DNA of 64,000 nucleotides, taken from Glaucostegus cemiculus. Taxonomy: Eukaryota. Numbering within the stretch: the first letter of the stretch is position 1; each line of letters starts with the position of its first letter. A program made the translations under genes and the position numbers. This document shows positions 24,661 to 38,092 of this stretch, in pieces. The DNA lies in NCBI GenBank assembly GCA_976551045.1, contig CDPCPM010000369.1, positions 620,001 to 684,000 on the forward strand. Reading direction: 5' to 3'. The notes beneath the pieces were generated by a model. The model had not been told where the DNA came from. It was given only the letters and a program-made list of their open reading frames with translations, and did not search any database.

Positions 24661-25789
24661 TTCACTTCCCTTTTCTAGATATAATTTAACTATGGTTACA
24701 GATTCCCTCCACCCCCAACCTCAGTGTACCTGAAGCAAATGCTTGGTTTCCACATCTGCCTGAAGAAACGGCTTCTGTTTCTCAGCCTCTTTAGAGCTTA
24801 GAATCCCCAGCACCTTCCTAACCTTCTGGACACCCATCCCGAACAACTCCAATTTACCACTTACAGATTATCCAAGGCAGCCCATCTCATTCCAAACAAC
24901 TGCCGCAGAATCCCACGAATGCAGCGAGGCTCGTGGACGAGGGTGGATTTAAGAGATTTCCCATCCCGATTACCAGGGACCAGCGCTCTTTCACTCGGGG
25001 CGCTACCAATGTACGCAAAACGCAACATGTCACTGAACCCTTTGTGAATGTTCAACCTTTCCCTCATAGCTGAAGTGTAAATTAAGTGGAAACTGCGAAA
25101 GTCTGGGTAGGAATCTGCAGGCAATGTGAAATGCACAAAGCCGCCAGGGTCGGTTCCTATCCGCCCTGGAGTCACGGAGGAACGACAGGCTCACAAAATA
25201 CCAAATATAAAATGCTCCTATTTTCTATGCAATCAGCTTCAATAGCAGACTGACTCCGAAACCAGCTACACGCGCCCGACAACATTCCGCGGTCCCACCA
25301 GGTATTTCTTTCAGGGGCTCCGTTTGACAAGCGCCGGCCCAAGACCGAGGTCACTGGCCCTTCTCGGAACATTGTCCTATTTGTTGTACACCCACAACTC
25401 CGCTCCTGTTGTGATAAAACAAAAGGAAAATTAATCCAGTTCATATCTTTAATCTCACCAGTTAAACCAGCGCCTGAAATTGGAGCTGGTCCCATCCATT
25501 CCTTTTGTCTTTGGAAGTGACTGATAAACATAGTGACATTTTGCAAATACAGGAATCAGTGTTTAGAAAGGACTCCCAATTCTCTTCACAAAATACTTAA
25601 TGAGTGAGCTAGTAGTTCGTTGCGTTACAAAAGCAATGCGACTTTGCCAGGGAGGGGCAGACCCCCCACACGTGGAGTGATCCGGGACAGTGCTGGATTG
25701 CCGCCTGACTGGTAAAGCGCTTCGCTGTCGCTCGCAGGTAACTTTGCCCGCAGCGGGAGGTTTATCCGCCAGGCCCGCACTGAACACTA

Positions 25790-26080
25790 GGCACTGACAG
25801 CTGGATCTTTTGTTTCATCTATGGCACCAATTCGGGATCCTTTTAGTCCGTTTTAATTTCAACAGGTGGCACTCTTTGAATTGACCGAACAAAGCAGCAT
25901 TCATGGCTGAAGAAGTGTTCTGCTATCAAAGTGTTGCCATACAGTTTTTGGTCAGTTCCTGGCACCGCTCCCAGTGAAAGCTTAGCCAAAACACAAAGAT
26001 TTATTCACAATCATCAAAGATGTGTATCATTTAGTAACACTCATTAAATGATTAAGTGCAACTTATTTGAATTACCGGGT
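25790..26080. promoter_or_regulatory. TCF/LEF motif cluster, candidate enhancer
   Basis: CTTTGAA 25874, AACAAAG 25888, ATCAAAG 25925 and 26013, TGACAG 25795. Confidence 0.45.
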
Positions 26081-27440
26081 TCTCCGGGGTTTTCAAAGGG
26101 AGTCTGTCCATCTCTGGGAACCAGATACATAATACCCAGCATTTCCATGGGAAAGGTTCTGCTCTGACAGTTAGTTCAGGTCTCGCCAGAAGAATGAAAC
26201 TTCACCTCCTCGCTCGCTTAACCCCTAAATTACTGGCTCTGGTTACTTGTGTGTACACAAGGATGGGATGCTGTCACCGTTCGCTTCTCCCGCCCCCTCC
26301 CACGGCTCCAAACCTTTCAGTACAGTCATGACGAAGACTTTCCCCCTCCCCCATCGAGCGCCGAGGCTGAATTCACCTTGCGCGCTAAAAGGCAGGAAGC
26401 TGAGCGGAGAGGATGTAATCAGAGCTATCAGCGTTCGCTCTCATCACAGACGGCAGAAACTATTTCAGTCCACAGCCCGTATTTTTTCAAAAAAGAGCCG
26501 ATTATTGAACATTTGAATGAAAAGCGAGGATCGCGAAGCGAGATTTCTCTGAGATCTAAATCACTGACGTTAGCCTCGGAGCTTGAATGGGGCAACCTGC
26601 CAGGTTAGGGGGCAGGGAGAGGTCATTTGGTGCCGGTGTGCCTGCCCCACCCCATCACCCGGCTTCCCCTGAACCCCATCTCGGCAGTTCACCGAATTCC
26701 ACCTTCTGACAGCTCGCTGGCCATAAATTCCCCCCACAGCCCCTCTCACCGCGTCCAGTGGAGAGATCGCGCAGACCAAAATGGGGATGACTCTGGGTTC
26801 TCCAGTGGGAGAACATCCTGGGACTACAGTCTGTGACTGATGGTCAGTCCACCACCTCTCTACATTTCATGCATTTTCTTTAAGTTTGGTGCTATCTGTC
26901 TAGTTTTAGTTAACGTGGTTCCACCCTTGGAATTTTCCTGTCTCATTCCTTTCCCTTTCTCCAGTCCTGCCACATTCTGTTATCATTGATGAAGAATAAT
27001 CAAACAGTTGAAAGGAGAAGAAGTTCCAACAATATCCTCCCCCTCGGGGATGGCGGACCTGGGGTGTGGAACCTTCTGCCGGCAGTGAAGAATGAGTGTT
27101 GGCGTCTTTGAGGTCCCAGCTACCACTGAAGCCAGGCTTAAGCCAGGTCAGTTCCCATCATATGATATCCAGAAAGAGCCCAAAGCACTGAACACAACAA
27201 AGGCTACTGGAACAGACAACATCCTACCTGTAGTGCTGTGGCTCCATCCCAGAAAACAGTCACACCTCCAAGACATTCCCTTTTACATAATTACATCCAC
27301 CTGACAACCACCCAGATATCTCCTGCCTACAGAAAGTAGGATAAAAATAATTTGACTGATCACAGTCCATCAGTCTACTCTCAAACAGTGGCAAAGCAAT
27401 GGAAGGTGCAACCAACGAATGATATCAGCAAGCAGCACTT

Positions 27441-27880
27441 CAGAATCAGAATCAGGTTAATTATCACTGACACATCATGAAATTTGTTGTTTTGTGGCAG
27501 TGGGGAAGAAGCTGTTCCTAAAACATGGAATGTGTGTCTTCAGGCTCCTGTACCTCCTCCCCAGTAGCATGAAGAGGGCATGTCCTGGATGGTGAGAATC
27601 CTTAATGACAGATGCCACCTACTTGAGGCACCACCTCTTGAAGATGTCCTCGATGGTAGGGAGGGTTGTGCATGGGATGGAGCTGGCTGAGTTTACAACC
27701 CTCTGCAGCCTCTTTTGATCCTGCACATTGGAGACTCCATACCAGGTTGTGATGCAACCAGTAAGAATGCTCTCCACCGTACATCTGTAGAAAATTGCAA
27801 GAGTCTTTGGACATACCAAATCTCCTCAAGCTCTGAATGTAGTAGGCATGCTAGCATGCCTTCTTCATGATGCATCAATA
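27441..27880 (-). mobile_element. Rex1/Babar LINE 3' fragment
   Basis: FYRCTVESILTGCITTWYG...KRLQRVVNSA; (TTCTGA)n tail at 27441. Confidence 0.9.
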
Positions 27881-28479
27881 TGTTGGGGTTTCTCACCAAG
27901 ATCCTATTGACCAATGCTCAGTTTGTGTTCTCCCAGGACTAGGTGGATTCAGACCTCATTACAGTTTTGGTCCAAAGACAGAGATGAATTCCAGAGGCAT
28001 GATGAAACTAAAACATCAAAAAGCCACAGTAAAACTAAAATCAAATGGAAACATGGGGGAAATTGGTTAGAACCTCACAAAAGAAGATGGTAGTGGAAGG
28101 TCGATCAGTTCATCCCAAATTAACAAAGAGTTCCAAAATAAAAACAGGAAAGTGCTGGAAATACTCAGTATCTGTGAGGAGAAGAACAGAGTTAATGAAT
28201 CAAGTCAATGGCCCTTCATCAGAACCTGATTTCAGATTTCCAATGTCTACAGTTTTTTGAATTTCAAATACAGGAGCTCCTCTTGACTTTGACCCAACTA
28301 TGTTTAGCTGCTTCTTCAACAAGCACCATCAGGTCAGTTTATTTACTGATGATTGCCCAATGCTCAACTCCATCTTCAACTCTCTAGAAAACAATCCACC
28401 CATGCCCTCATGCATCAAGGCATAAATAACATCCTGATCTGATTAAGTGGCAATTTCAGACCAAGAGAACATAAGATCT

Positions 28480-28992
28480 GAGAGCACTGTTCTACTTCAT
28501 TGAGGAGATTCAGTATGTCACCAAAAATTCTTACTTCTATGGATGTATGGTGGAGAGCATTCTGACTGGCTGCGTGACAGTCTGCTATGGAAAGGATTGC
28601 AAGAGGCTGCAGAGGGTTGTAGACTCAGCCAGCCCCATCACAGGCACATCCCTCCCCATCATCAAGGACATCTTCAGGAAACAGTGCCTCAAGAAGGCGA
28701 CATCCATCACTGAGGACATGCCCTCTTCTTGCTACTACAATCAAGAAGTAGGTACAGGAGCCTGAAGATCCACACTCAATGATTCAGGAACAGCTTCTTC
28801 CCCTCTGCCATCAGATTTCTAAACGGCCCATGAACCCATGAACATTACCTCATTATTCCTTTTTTCTGCAGTATTTATTTATTTTGTAATTTATAATAAT
28901 TTTTGCGTCTTTGCACTGTACTGCCGCTGCAAAACAACAAACTTCATGTAATACAGCATAAGTCAGTGATAATAAACCTGATTCTGATTCAG
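28480..28992 (+). mobile_element. Rex1/Babar LINE 3' fragment
   Basis: MVESILTGCVTVCYG..KRLQRVVDSA; ends aataaacctgattctgattc. Confidence 0.9.
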
Positions 28993-29634
28993 AATTAGTC
29001 CATTTGGCCCATCAAGTCTGTTCCACCATTCAATTGTGGCTGACTTTTTTCTATCCCATTCTCCCACCTTCTCCCCATAATTTTTAACCCTGTTATACTA
29101 GTTTCATTCAAACAAGTGCTAAACAATGATCATTTCCAACAAAAGAGAGTCTAAATATCTGCCCTTGACAGTGGCATCACTGAATTCTCCACCATCAACA
29201 TCCTGGGGATGGGGGTGGTCAGCATTGGCCAGAAGTTTCACTCGGTACATTGATACATGCCTACACAAGCAGGTGAAGGAATGCTAATCCTGTGATGTAA
29301 ATCATCTCCAAGCACCCCAAAGTTGTTCTACAAGAGACAAGTCAGGGGAGTGATGGAATATTCTCCACGCCTGGATGATGGCAATGAGGAAGCTTGACAC
29401 TATCCAGGACAAAGCAGCCCACTTGACTGGTACCCCAGCCACCACCCTTATTTACTCCATCCACAACTGGCACACCATGGCTGAAGTGAGTACGATCCAT
29501 AAAATGTCTGCAGTTACTTACCAAGGCTACTCTGACAACACTTGACAAACCTTCACCTTCCACCATCAGGAAGGGCCACAGTCTAATTTCTGTAATTCCC
29601 GATCGAACAGCACCATGGAGTTACACAAAGCCCA

Positions 29635-30005
29635 TACAGGAACATAAGAAGTCAGGACAGGAGTAGACCAATCTTCCCTCGCCCAACACTACCGTCATGG
29701 TTGATCCTTTATTTCAGTGGCCATCCTCCTGCCCTAACTCCATCTCCCTTGATTCCTTTAATAGCTGGAAATCTAATGAATGCAATCAGTGACTAACCCT
29801 TCTCAGAACTCCTGGTAGACAACTCCAAAAATACCCACCCTTTGAGTGAAGAAGTTTCTCCTCATTTCTCCTCTAAGTGGCCAACCCCTCATTGTGAGTT
29901 CTAGAACTCCTTAACCAGGGAAAACATCATCTTCACTTCTATCTTGTTAAGCCCTTCAACAGTTGTGTACACTTCAATGAGGTCACATTTCATTCTTCCA
30001 GCTCT
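29635..30005 (-). mobile_element. CR1 3' end fragment
   Basis: gaacataagaagtcaggacaggagtagacca terminus and gagtgaagaagtttctcctcat. Confidence 0.7.
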
Positions 30006-30014
30006 AGCTGTTCA

Positions 30015-30302
30015 AGGCACGGTAGTGTAGCAGTTAGCATAACACTATTACAGCACCAGTGACCTGGGTTCAATTCTGGCTGCTGTCTGTAAGGAGTTTG
30101 TGTGTTCTCCCCGTGTCTGCATGGGATTCCTCTGGGTGCTCTGGTTTCCTCCCACAATCCAAAGACGTACAGGTTAGGAAGCTATGTTGGCGTCGGAAGT
30201 GTGGCGACACTTGTGGGCTGACCCCAGACCACTCTATGCAAAAGATGCATTTCACTGTGCGCTTCGATGCACATGTGATTAATAAAGAAATCTTATCTTA
30301 TT
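30015..30302 (+). mobile_element. V-SINE with Rex-like tail
   Basis: ggcacggtagtgtagcagttagc head, V domain, tail ending aataaagaaatcttatctta. Confidence 0.9.
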
Positions 30303-30379
30303 GAGGCTTAGCTTGGTCAATCTGCCTTCACTCAGCATCCCAGAAACTGGTCTGCTGAATCTTTTTTTTCTCAGGGTCA

Positions 30380-31500
30380 TGATATCACATCCTTCATTAC
30401 ACATTCCAGCACTTCCCTTACTACTGACGTCAGGCTAATGGTTCAGGAGTTCCCTGTTTTCTCTTCCCTCCTTCCTTAAGTAGTCAGGTCCCATTTACTA
30501 CCCTCTTTTCTTAGAACCTTGCACCATGGAAACAAGCCATTTGGCCCAACTTGTCCATGCTGGGCACCCCTCTGTACTAGTCCCATTTCCCAGCACCTGG
30601 GCCAGAGTCCTCTGTGCCAAAGTGATTCAAGTGCTCATATGAACACTTTTCAAAATGTTGTCAGCAAGTCTGCTTCAAGACTCTCTCTTAGGCAGTGTAT
30701 TCCAGGTACTACCACTCTCTGGGTGACAAAGGTCCCCCTCATGTCCCCTCTGAATCTCTTCCTCCTCACCCTAAATCTATGTCCTCTACTTTTATCTACC
30801 TCTGATATGGGGAAAAGTTTCCTGCTGTCTATCCTATCTATACATCTCATCATTTTACACACCTCAATCATATCCCCTTTTAACCTCCTTTGCCCAGGGA
30901 GAACAGACCCAGCCTCTCCATTTGCAGGAATTATTCCAAAATCTTTACAATTTTTAAGGTGATTTCCAGAGCATCCACTCTCTCCGCAACCACCTCTTCC
31001 CAAACTTTCAGATGTAAATCATCCTGTTCTTGGGATTTATCATTTTTCAGGCTCATTAAGCTCTCTCGCAACATTTCTATGCACTTATTTCTTTTATTTC
31101 ATCATTTGCAGTGGCCTTTGGTTTTCCAGTATTTCTGGGAATATCTTTCATGGAAAAAGTATTTGTTTAATTCCTCTGCCATTCCCTTATCCCCAATATA
31201 TTCTGCTGTTGCTGCCCACACAGACCTACATTTGTCTTATGAGTCTTTTCCATTTTACATACCTACAGAAACTCGTTCAGTTTTGATTCTTGTTTACTTC
31301 CTTTTCTCTCAGTAATTATTGGCTGTATTCTGAAACACTCCCGATCCTTAGGCTTACTATTTTCTTCCTGGCGGCTTTGTAAGTCTTTTTCTTACATTCA
31401 ACATTATCTTTAATTTCTCCAGTGATGAATGATTAGACTACTTTTCCTACTATTTTGTTGTGCATTAATGGTATGTATATGTGTTGTAATCTTTAAATGC
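30380..31500 (-). mobile_element. CR1 fragments (older ORF2 copy with a younger 3' end nested at ~30515-30920)
   Basis: RRLKGDMIEVCKMMRCIDRIDSRKLFP...SRGHRFRV...FVTQRVV is the CR1 C-terminus. Confidence 0.8.
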
Positions 31501-31519
31501 CAGGCATCGCCTGTCCACT

Positions 31520-31850
31520 GTCACGACCCTCCCCATCATCGAGGACATCTTCAAGGGACGATGCTTCAAGAAGGCGGCATCCATCACTAAGGACCCTCAC
31601 CACCTGGGACGTGTCCTCTTCTCATTACTACCATCGAGGTGGAGTTACAGGAGCCTGAAGACCCACACTCAACGATTCAGGAACAGCTTCTTCCCCTCCG
31701 CCATCAGATTTCTGAATGGTCCATGAGCCCATGAACACTACCGCATTATTCCTTTTTTTGCACTATTTATTTATTTTGTAATTTATAATAACTTCCTGCC
31801 TTTGCACTGTACTGCTCCAAGTCAGTGATAATAAACCTGATTCTGATTCT
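31520..31850 (+). mobile_element. Rex1/Babar 3' fragment
   Basis: Close to 28650-28990; (TTCTGA)n tail. Confidence 0.88.
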
Positions 31851-33714
31851 GTGATCCCCTTTCAGGTAGTTCCCCATTTGCTGCAGACGACCTACCCCTC
31901 ATGCTGACTTGGTTTCTTTTGTTTAGATTTAAAACCATGGTTCCACATTGAATTACATCATTTGGAATAATGTGATTTAAAATTCTACCAGACGGACTCC
32001 AGCTGTTTAAGGTGGTTCATAAGAACATAAGAATTAGGAGCAGGAATAGACCCGTCGGCCCATCGAGCCTGCTCCACCATTCAATAAGATCACGGCTGAT
32101 TAGGCCCTGGACTCAGCTCCACCTACCCGCCTTTTCCCCAAAACCCTCAATTCCCCTACTACGCAAAAATCTATCATCACTTTCACCTTCTCGAAGTGAT
32201 CAATGACGGGCACTAACTGCTGGTCTTGCCAGCAATGTCCAGATCCCATAAATAAAACACAACATATATAAACCTATTCACTTCCTATTTGATTTATCAG
32301 CAACTATCTTGTATCAAACCATTTAAATATTTTTAATTTTATTAAGTTACTACTCTTCTCCAGGGAAGAGAACCAGCCTATTCGCTCAACATTTTTGTTT
32401 TGTCAAATGTTACATCAATAAAACAATAAATAGTTAATCATTCGAGGGTTTCTTATTCCCTCTACCATGACAGGAGGGAGCCCAGCATCACTCAGAGGTC
32501 GCTTACCATTATAATCCCTGTAACCTTTGAATCCAGTTACTGTGTTTCAGTAAATGAATGTGAGGCTCTTTAACTCAAGGCAGAGTGAAGGCTCCGGCAA
32601 CAAACCAGGCCCCTGGGTAAACATCAACTCAGAGCACCAAGACAATAGGACCACTGTGCTCCCAACTGTACTTCTAAACTACTTGGCTGCTTTAAAAGAA
32701 AATGCCAATTACGCACTGCATATATTACAAGAAAGTAAACAGTTTACTTTAATTCCTGCCACAATCAATAAGGAGAATACACACATATTCCTCTTAATAA
32801 TCACTCATCCTTTAACCAAGTGTAACACCTGCAAGACTGAGAGTTGAACTTGGTGCTTAAGATCACAGGATTGAAAAGTTATCTTCATCTCTACAGAAAT
32901 ATGAGCTAGGGCCACGTAAACAAGCTACACTTTAACGTTTAATCCTTTTTTGGGGAGTTTTCATCACATAATCTGTAGAGAAGCCCTGTGCTGTGAAATG
33001 TGAGCTTCTGTGTCTCAGCCTCTGTGGCCCGAGCTCTGCAGTTCCAGGAGTATCTTGTTTCTGTCTGACCTCACAAGGTGCCATCCCCAATTCCCTGCAC
33101 CTCTTCCAATGTGAAGCAAATGAAGGTGATCTGATGGGGGTTTGAGGAAGGTGGTGTTGGCCTGTCATTGTTGGCACTGGTCTCACGGCTGTATTGGACT
33201 GATTAAAGCAAATCCACTTAATGGATTGTGATGGTCTAGAGCTGACAGTGCAGGACCCAATAAGAATGTTAAATGGATGGCTAACCTTTGTTAATCTTCA
33301 CACGCTGTCAATCTGTGTACATGGTGGAGAAGAGAGCATGGTCCTAGCAGGTGGGAGTAATTGTAGGGAATCACTCATCCCACAGTTAGACTGTTGAAGA
33401 AAGCTGTCACATTCATTATCTGGTTAACAGCATGAACCACGGCCCAGGAACCTGGTTTAACTGCTTTTATTTCATACCACATGACGTGGTTTTGTGCAGT
33501 TTAACCTCCAGTGGAAAGAAGAAACCACTTAATTTGAATGATATATGTGAATTGTATCATTAGTTTTTAATTGCTAAGTTAACTTTGGCTTTACAACTCA
33601 CCCACCTGTTGCCTTGTAATAGCACCTTCACCTTTCCCCTTCATGCGCTAGAACCTATAACTACAGAACTGTTGGGCTGGAATATGGTAGAATCCCAGAA
33701 CAGACATTAAAGAA

Positions 33715-34900
33715 GGTTGGCTAAGCATGCAGTGGGAGATAGATCAGAGTACTAGCAAGTGGAATTTAATCTAGACGTGTGAGGTAATGCAATCTGGGAA
33801 GTCAAATTCTGGTCATGCATACAAAGTAAATGGCAGGGACCATTGGAGGGGTGATGTACAGATGAACCTTGGGGTGCAAGTCCATAGCTCCCTGAAAGTG
33901 GTGACACAGGTGGGTAGAATGGTGAAAAGAGCACTTGGTATGTTTGCCTTCATAGGCTGAGGCATTGAGTGTAAGAATTAAGATGTACCAAATACCAAAT
34001 ATTCAAGAGCATATTCTTATTGAGAAGGAGTGTTGGGTTTTTTGAAAATTATTAAGGTAGTTATGTCCCCACGGCCTGCTGGAATCTATCCCCAGATACT
34101 GAGAGAGACAAAAGAGGAGATTACTGGAATGTTGCCTGAGATCTTTCTGTCCTCTTTAGCCACAGGTGAGGTCCCAGAAGACTGGAGAATAGCCAGTGTT
34201 GATTCTTTGTTTATGAAGGGAAACTGGGTCATACTAGGAAATTATAGGCTGGCGAGCCTTATATCAGTGGTAGGGAAATTACCAGAGTAATTCTTAGGGA
34301 CAGGGTTAACTTGTATTTGGACAAGCATGGACTAATTGGGGAAAGTCAGCATGGCTTTGTCCTATCTCATAGGTTTAACTGGGTTTTTTGAGGAATTGAT
34401 GAGGGTAGAACAGTGGATGTTGTCTATGTGGATTCCGGTAAATATTTGACAAGTTCCCTTATGTAGGCTGTTCCAGAAGATTAAGTCACATGGGATCCAT
34501 GGGGAGTTGGTAAATTGGATACAAAATTGGCTTGGCCATAGAAGAAAGAGGGTAGTGACGGAGGGCTGTTTCTCTGACTGGAGGTCGGTGACTAGTGGTG
34601 TTCCACAAGGATCAGTTCTTTGACTTAATATATAAATATACAGCAAATACAAATATATATAAAATGATCTGGATGAAAATGTAGGTAACACGATTAGTAA
34701 ATCTGCACATGACATGAAAATTACTGGAGTTGTGGATTGTGAGGAAGGTTATCAAAGGATGCAGCACAATATAGATCAGTTGTAAATCTAGGTGGAGAAA
34801 TGGCAGATGGAGTTTAATCAGGATGATGGGTGAATGAATAGAAGTATATAAAATCATGAGAGTCATAGAAGGAGCAGATAGTCAGAGTCTATTTCCCAGT
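33715..34900 (+). mobile_element. CR1 ORF2 fragments
   Basis: GIYPQILRETKEEI...TGEVPEDWRIASV...GNYRLASLISVVGKL; gtgactagtggtgttccacaaggatcagt (VTSGVPQGS). Confidence 0.88.
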
Positions 34901-34944
34901 ATCTATCACAATACCATACCAACCTTCTCCCTTACTTCCTCAGA

Positions 34945-35285
34945 GATGGCACAGTTGCATAACTGGTAGACTGCTGCCCCACAGCTCCAGTGAGCCAGGT
35001 TCAATGCTGACCTTGTGTGCTGTCTGTGTAGAGTTTGCATGTTCTCACTGTGACCACATGGGTTTCCTCCAGGTGCTCCACTTTCCTCCCACATCATGAA
35101 AATACATGCGTTAGTAGGTTAAGTGGCCACTGTAAATTGCCCCTATTGTATAGACGTATGGCAGAATCAGGGACTATTGCAGGAGAGGGTGGAGTTTGCC
35201 GGAAATGTGGCGAGAATAGAATGGATCAGAGAAGAATTAGTTAAGAATGGGTGATTGATGGTATCTCTGAGACTCTGTATCTATG
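34945..35285 (+). mobile_element. V-SINE with a third tail variant
   Basis: V domain atgggtttcctccaggtgctccactttcctcccacatc, then gtaaattgccccta tail. Confidence 0.8.
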
Positions 35286-38092
35286 AGTATAGAACATTAC
35301 AGCACAGCACAGGCCCTTTGGCCCATGATGTTGTGCTGACATCTTATCCTGCTCCAATATCTATCTAACCCTTCCATCCCACATCACCTTCCATCTCTTT
35401 ATTATTCATGTGCCTATCGAAGAGTCTCTTAAATGTCCCTAATGTATCTGTCTCCACCACCTCTGCTGGCAGTGTGTTCCATGCACCCACCGCTCTCTGT
35501 GCAAAACTGGCATCCCCTCTATATCTTTCTCCAGTCACCTTAAAATTATGCCCCCTTGTATTAGCCATTTCCACTCTGGGAAAAAGTCTCTGATTGTCCA
35601 CTCAATCTATGCTTCTTATCATCTTGTACACCTCTATCAAGTCACCTCTCATTCTCCATAGTGTATCACTTCACACTTTTCCAGGTTGAACTCCATCTGC
35701 CACTTCTCAGCCCAGATCTGCATTTTATCCATGTCCTTTTGTAACCTACAGCAACCTTCTACACTATCCAGTACACCACCAACCTTCGTGTCATATGCAA
35801 GCTTACTAACCCACCATTCCACATCCTCATCCAAGTCACTTATAAAGGTCACAAAGAGCAGAGGTCCCAGAACGTATCCCTGCTGAACACCACAAGTCAC
35901 CGACCTCCAGGAAGAATACACTCCATCTACAACCACCCTCTGACTTCTATGAGTGAGCCAATTCTGAATCCACACAACCAAGCTTCCCTGGATCCCATGC
36001 CTCCTGACTTTCTGAATGAGCCTTCCATGAGGAACCTTATCAAACGCCTTACTAAAATTCATGTACACCACATCCACTGCTCTACCTTCATCAATGTGCT
36101 TTGTACATCCTCAAAAAATTCAATCAGGCTCGTGAGGCATGACCTACCCCTCACAAAGTCATGCTGACTGTCTCTAACCAGCCTATGCTTCTCCAAGTGG
36201 CCATAAATCTTGTCTATGAAATCGTCTTCAGTAATTTGTCCACTGAAGTAAGACTCACCGGTCTGTAATTCCAAGGGTTATCCCTACTTCCTTCCTTGAA
36301 CAAAGAAACAACATTTTCAGTAACCTGGCACTACTCCTGTGGCCAGTGAGGATGCAAAGCTCATCACCAAAGGCGCAGCAATCTCTGACCTTGCTTCCCA
36401 TAATAACCTTGGATATATCCCATCCGGCCCCGGTGAGTTATGTACTTCATAATGCTTTTCAGAAGTTCCAGCACATCCTCTTTCCTCACATCAGCATGCC
36501 CTAGCAGATCAGCCTGTTGTACACCATGCTCACAAACGTCTAGTTCTCTCTCACTGGTGAATAGTGAAGCAAAGTATTCATTAAGGACCTCCCCCACCTC
36601 TTCCGACTCCAGGTACATATTTCCTCTTTTATCCCTGATCAGTCCTATCCTCACTCTAGTCATCCTCTTATTCTTCACATACGTGTAGAACACCTTGGGG
36701 TTTTCCTTAATCCTACTCGTCAAGAGCTTCTCATGCCCTCTTCTAGCTCTCCTCAGTCCATTCTTAAGCTCCCTCCTGGCTACTTTGTAACTCTCCAGAG
36801 CCCTGTCTGATCCATGGTTTCTAAACCTTAAGCAAGCTCCTTTCTTTGTCTTGACAAGATATTCTACATCTCGTGTCAACCATGATTCCTTCACTCTACC
36901 ATCCTTACCCTGCCTCAATGAGACAAACCTACCCAGAACCCCATGCAAGTACTCCCTAAACAATCTTCACATTTCTGCTGTGCACTTCTCCAAGAATATC
37001 TGTTCCCATTTTATGCTCCCAAGCTCCTATTCCTATCCAAGGCTATGGTAAAGTTCAAGGAGTTATGATCACTGTCTCCAAAATGCTCTCCCACAGAGAC
37101 ATCTGAAACCTGATCAGGTTCATTGGCTAGTACCAGGTCCAGAATGGCCTCTCCTTTCATCGGCCAGTTCACATACTGTGTCGGGAATCCTTCCTGGACA
37201 CATCCATCCCCTTTACACTAAGGAAGTGTCCATCAATACTAGGGAAGTTGAAATTGCCCATGACAACAACTCTATTATTTTTGCACCTTTCCAAAATCTG
37301 CCTCCCCATCTGCTCCTCAGTGTCTTTCCTGCTATTGGGGAGGGGGTTGGGGGAGTCTGTAGAATACTTCCAATCAAGTGATTACTCCCTTCCTGTTCCT
37401 GACTTCCACCCACACTGATTCAGTGGACAAACCCTCCAGGACATCCTCCCTTTCTACAGCTGTGACACGTCCCTGATCAGCAAAGCCACTTCCCTACCTC
37501 TTTTACCTCCATCCCTGTCCCTTTTGAAACATCTAAACCCCAGAATATCCAGCAGCCATTCCTGCCCTTGTGACAGCTAAGTCTCTGTAGTGGTCACAAC
37601 ATCATAGTTCCATGTACTTACCCATGCTCTAAGTTCATCATCCTCGTTCCTGATACTACTCACATTAAAGTAGACACAGTTCAGTCCATCCAACTGACAG
37701 CAATTTTGCCTTTTCAACTGCTTATCCTTCCTCACAGTCTTTCTGCATGCTGCATCTACTTGTACCCTAAATGTACCAACTTCTGACCTGTCATTTGGGT
37801 TCCCATCCCCCTGCCAAACTAGTTTAAACCCTCCCTAACAGCTCTACCAAACCTACCCACAAGAATATTGGTCTCCCTCCAGTTCAGGTGTAGCCCATCC
37901 CTTTTGCACAGGTCATACTTTCCCCAGAAGAGATCCCAATGATCCACAAATCTCAAACCATGCCCCCTGCACCAACTCCTCAGCCACACATTCATCTGCC
38001 ATATCAACCCATTCTTACTCTCAGTGGTGCGTGGCACAGGCAGCAATCCAGAGATTACTTCCCTTGAGGTCCTGCTTTTCAGCTTCCTACAA
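35286..38092 (-). mobile_element. Long CR1 LINE relic: ORF1 esterase end, ORF2 endonuclease/RT and 3' UTR, with internal deletions
   Basis: ORF1 SGNH-like WLRSWCRGHGLRFVDHWDLFWGKYDLCKRDGLHLN; RT DVVYMNFSKAFDKVPH...GVQQGYVLGPLLF..SKLAYDTKVGG; C-terminal NTRGHNFKV. Confidence 0.95.

Larger units (their letters stand above)
26990..29580 (+). mobile_element. L2/Crack-like LINE ORF2 remnant with nested insertions
   Basis: KALNTTKATGTDNILPVVL (27181); gtgatggaatattctccac...aagcttgacactatccaggacaaagcagcc (MEYSP...KLDTIQDKAA) at 29350-29420. Confidence 0.7.

Noticed and set aside
36364-36963. 199-aa ORF as a host gene
   Set aside because: It is the CR1 ORF2 linker inside a decayed LINE.
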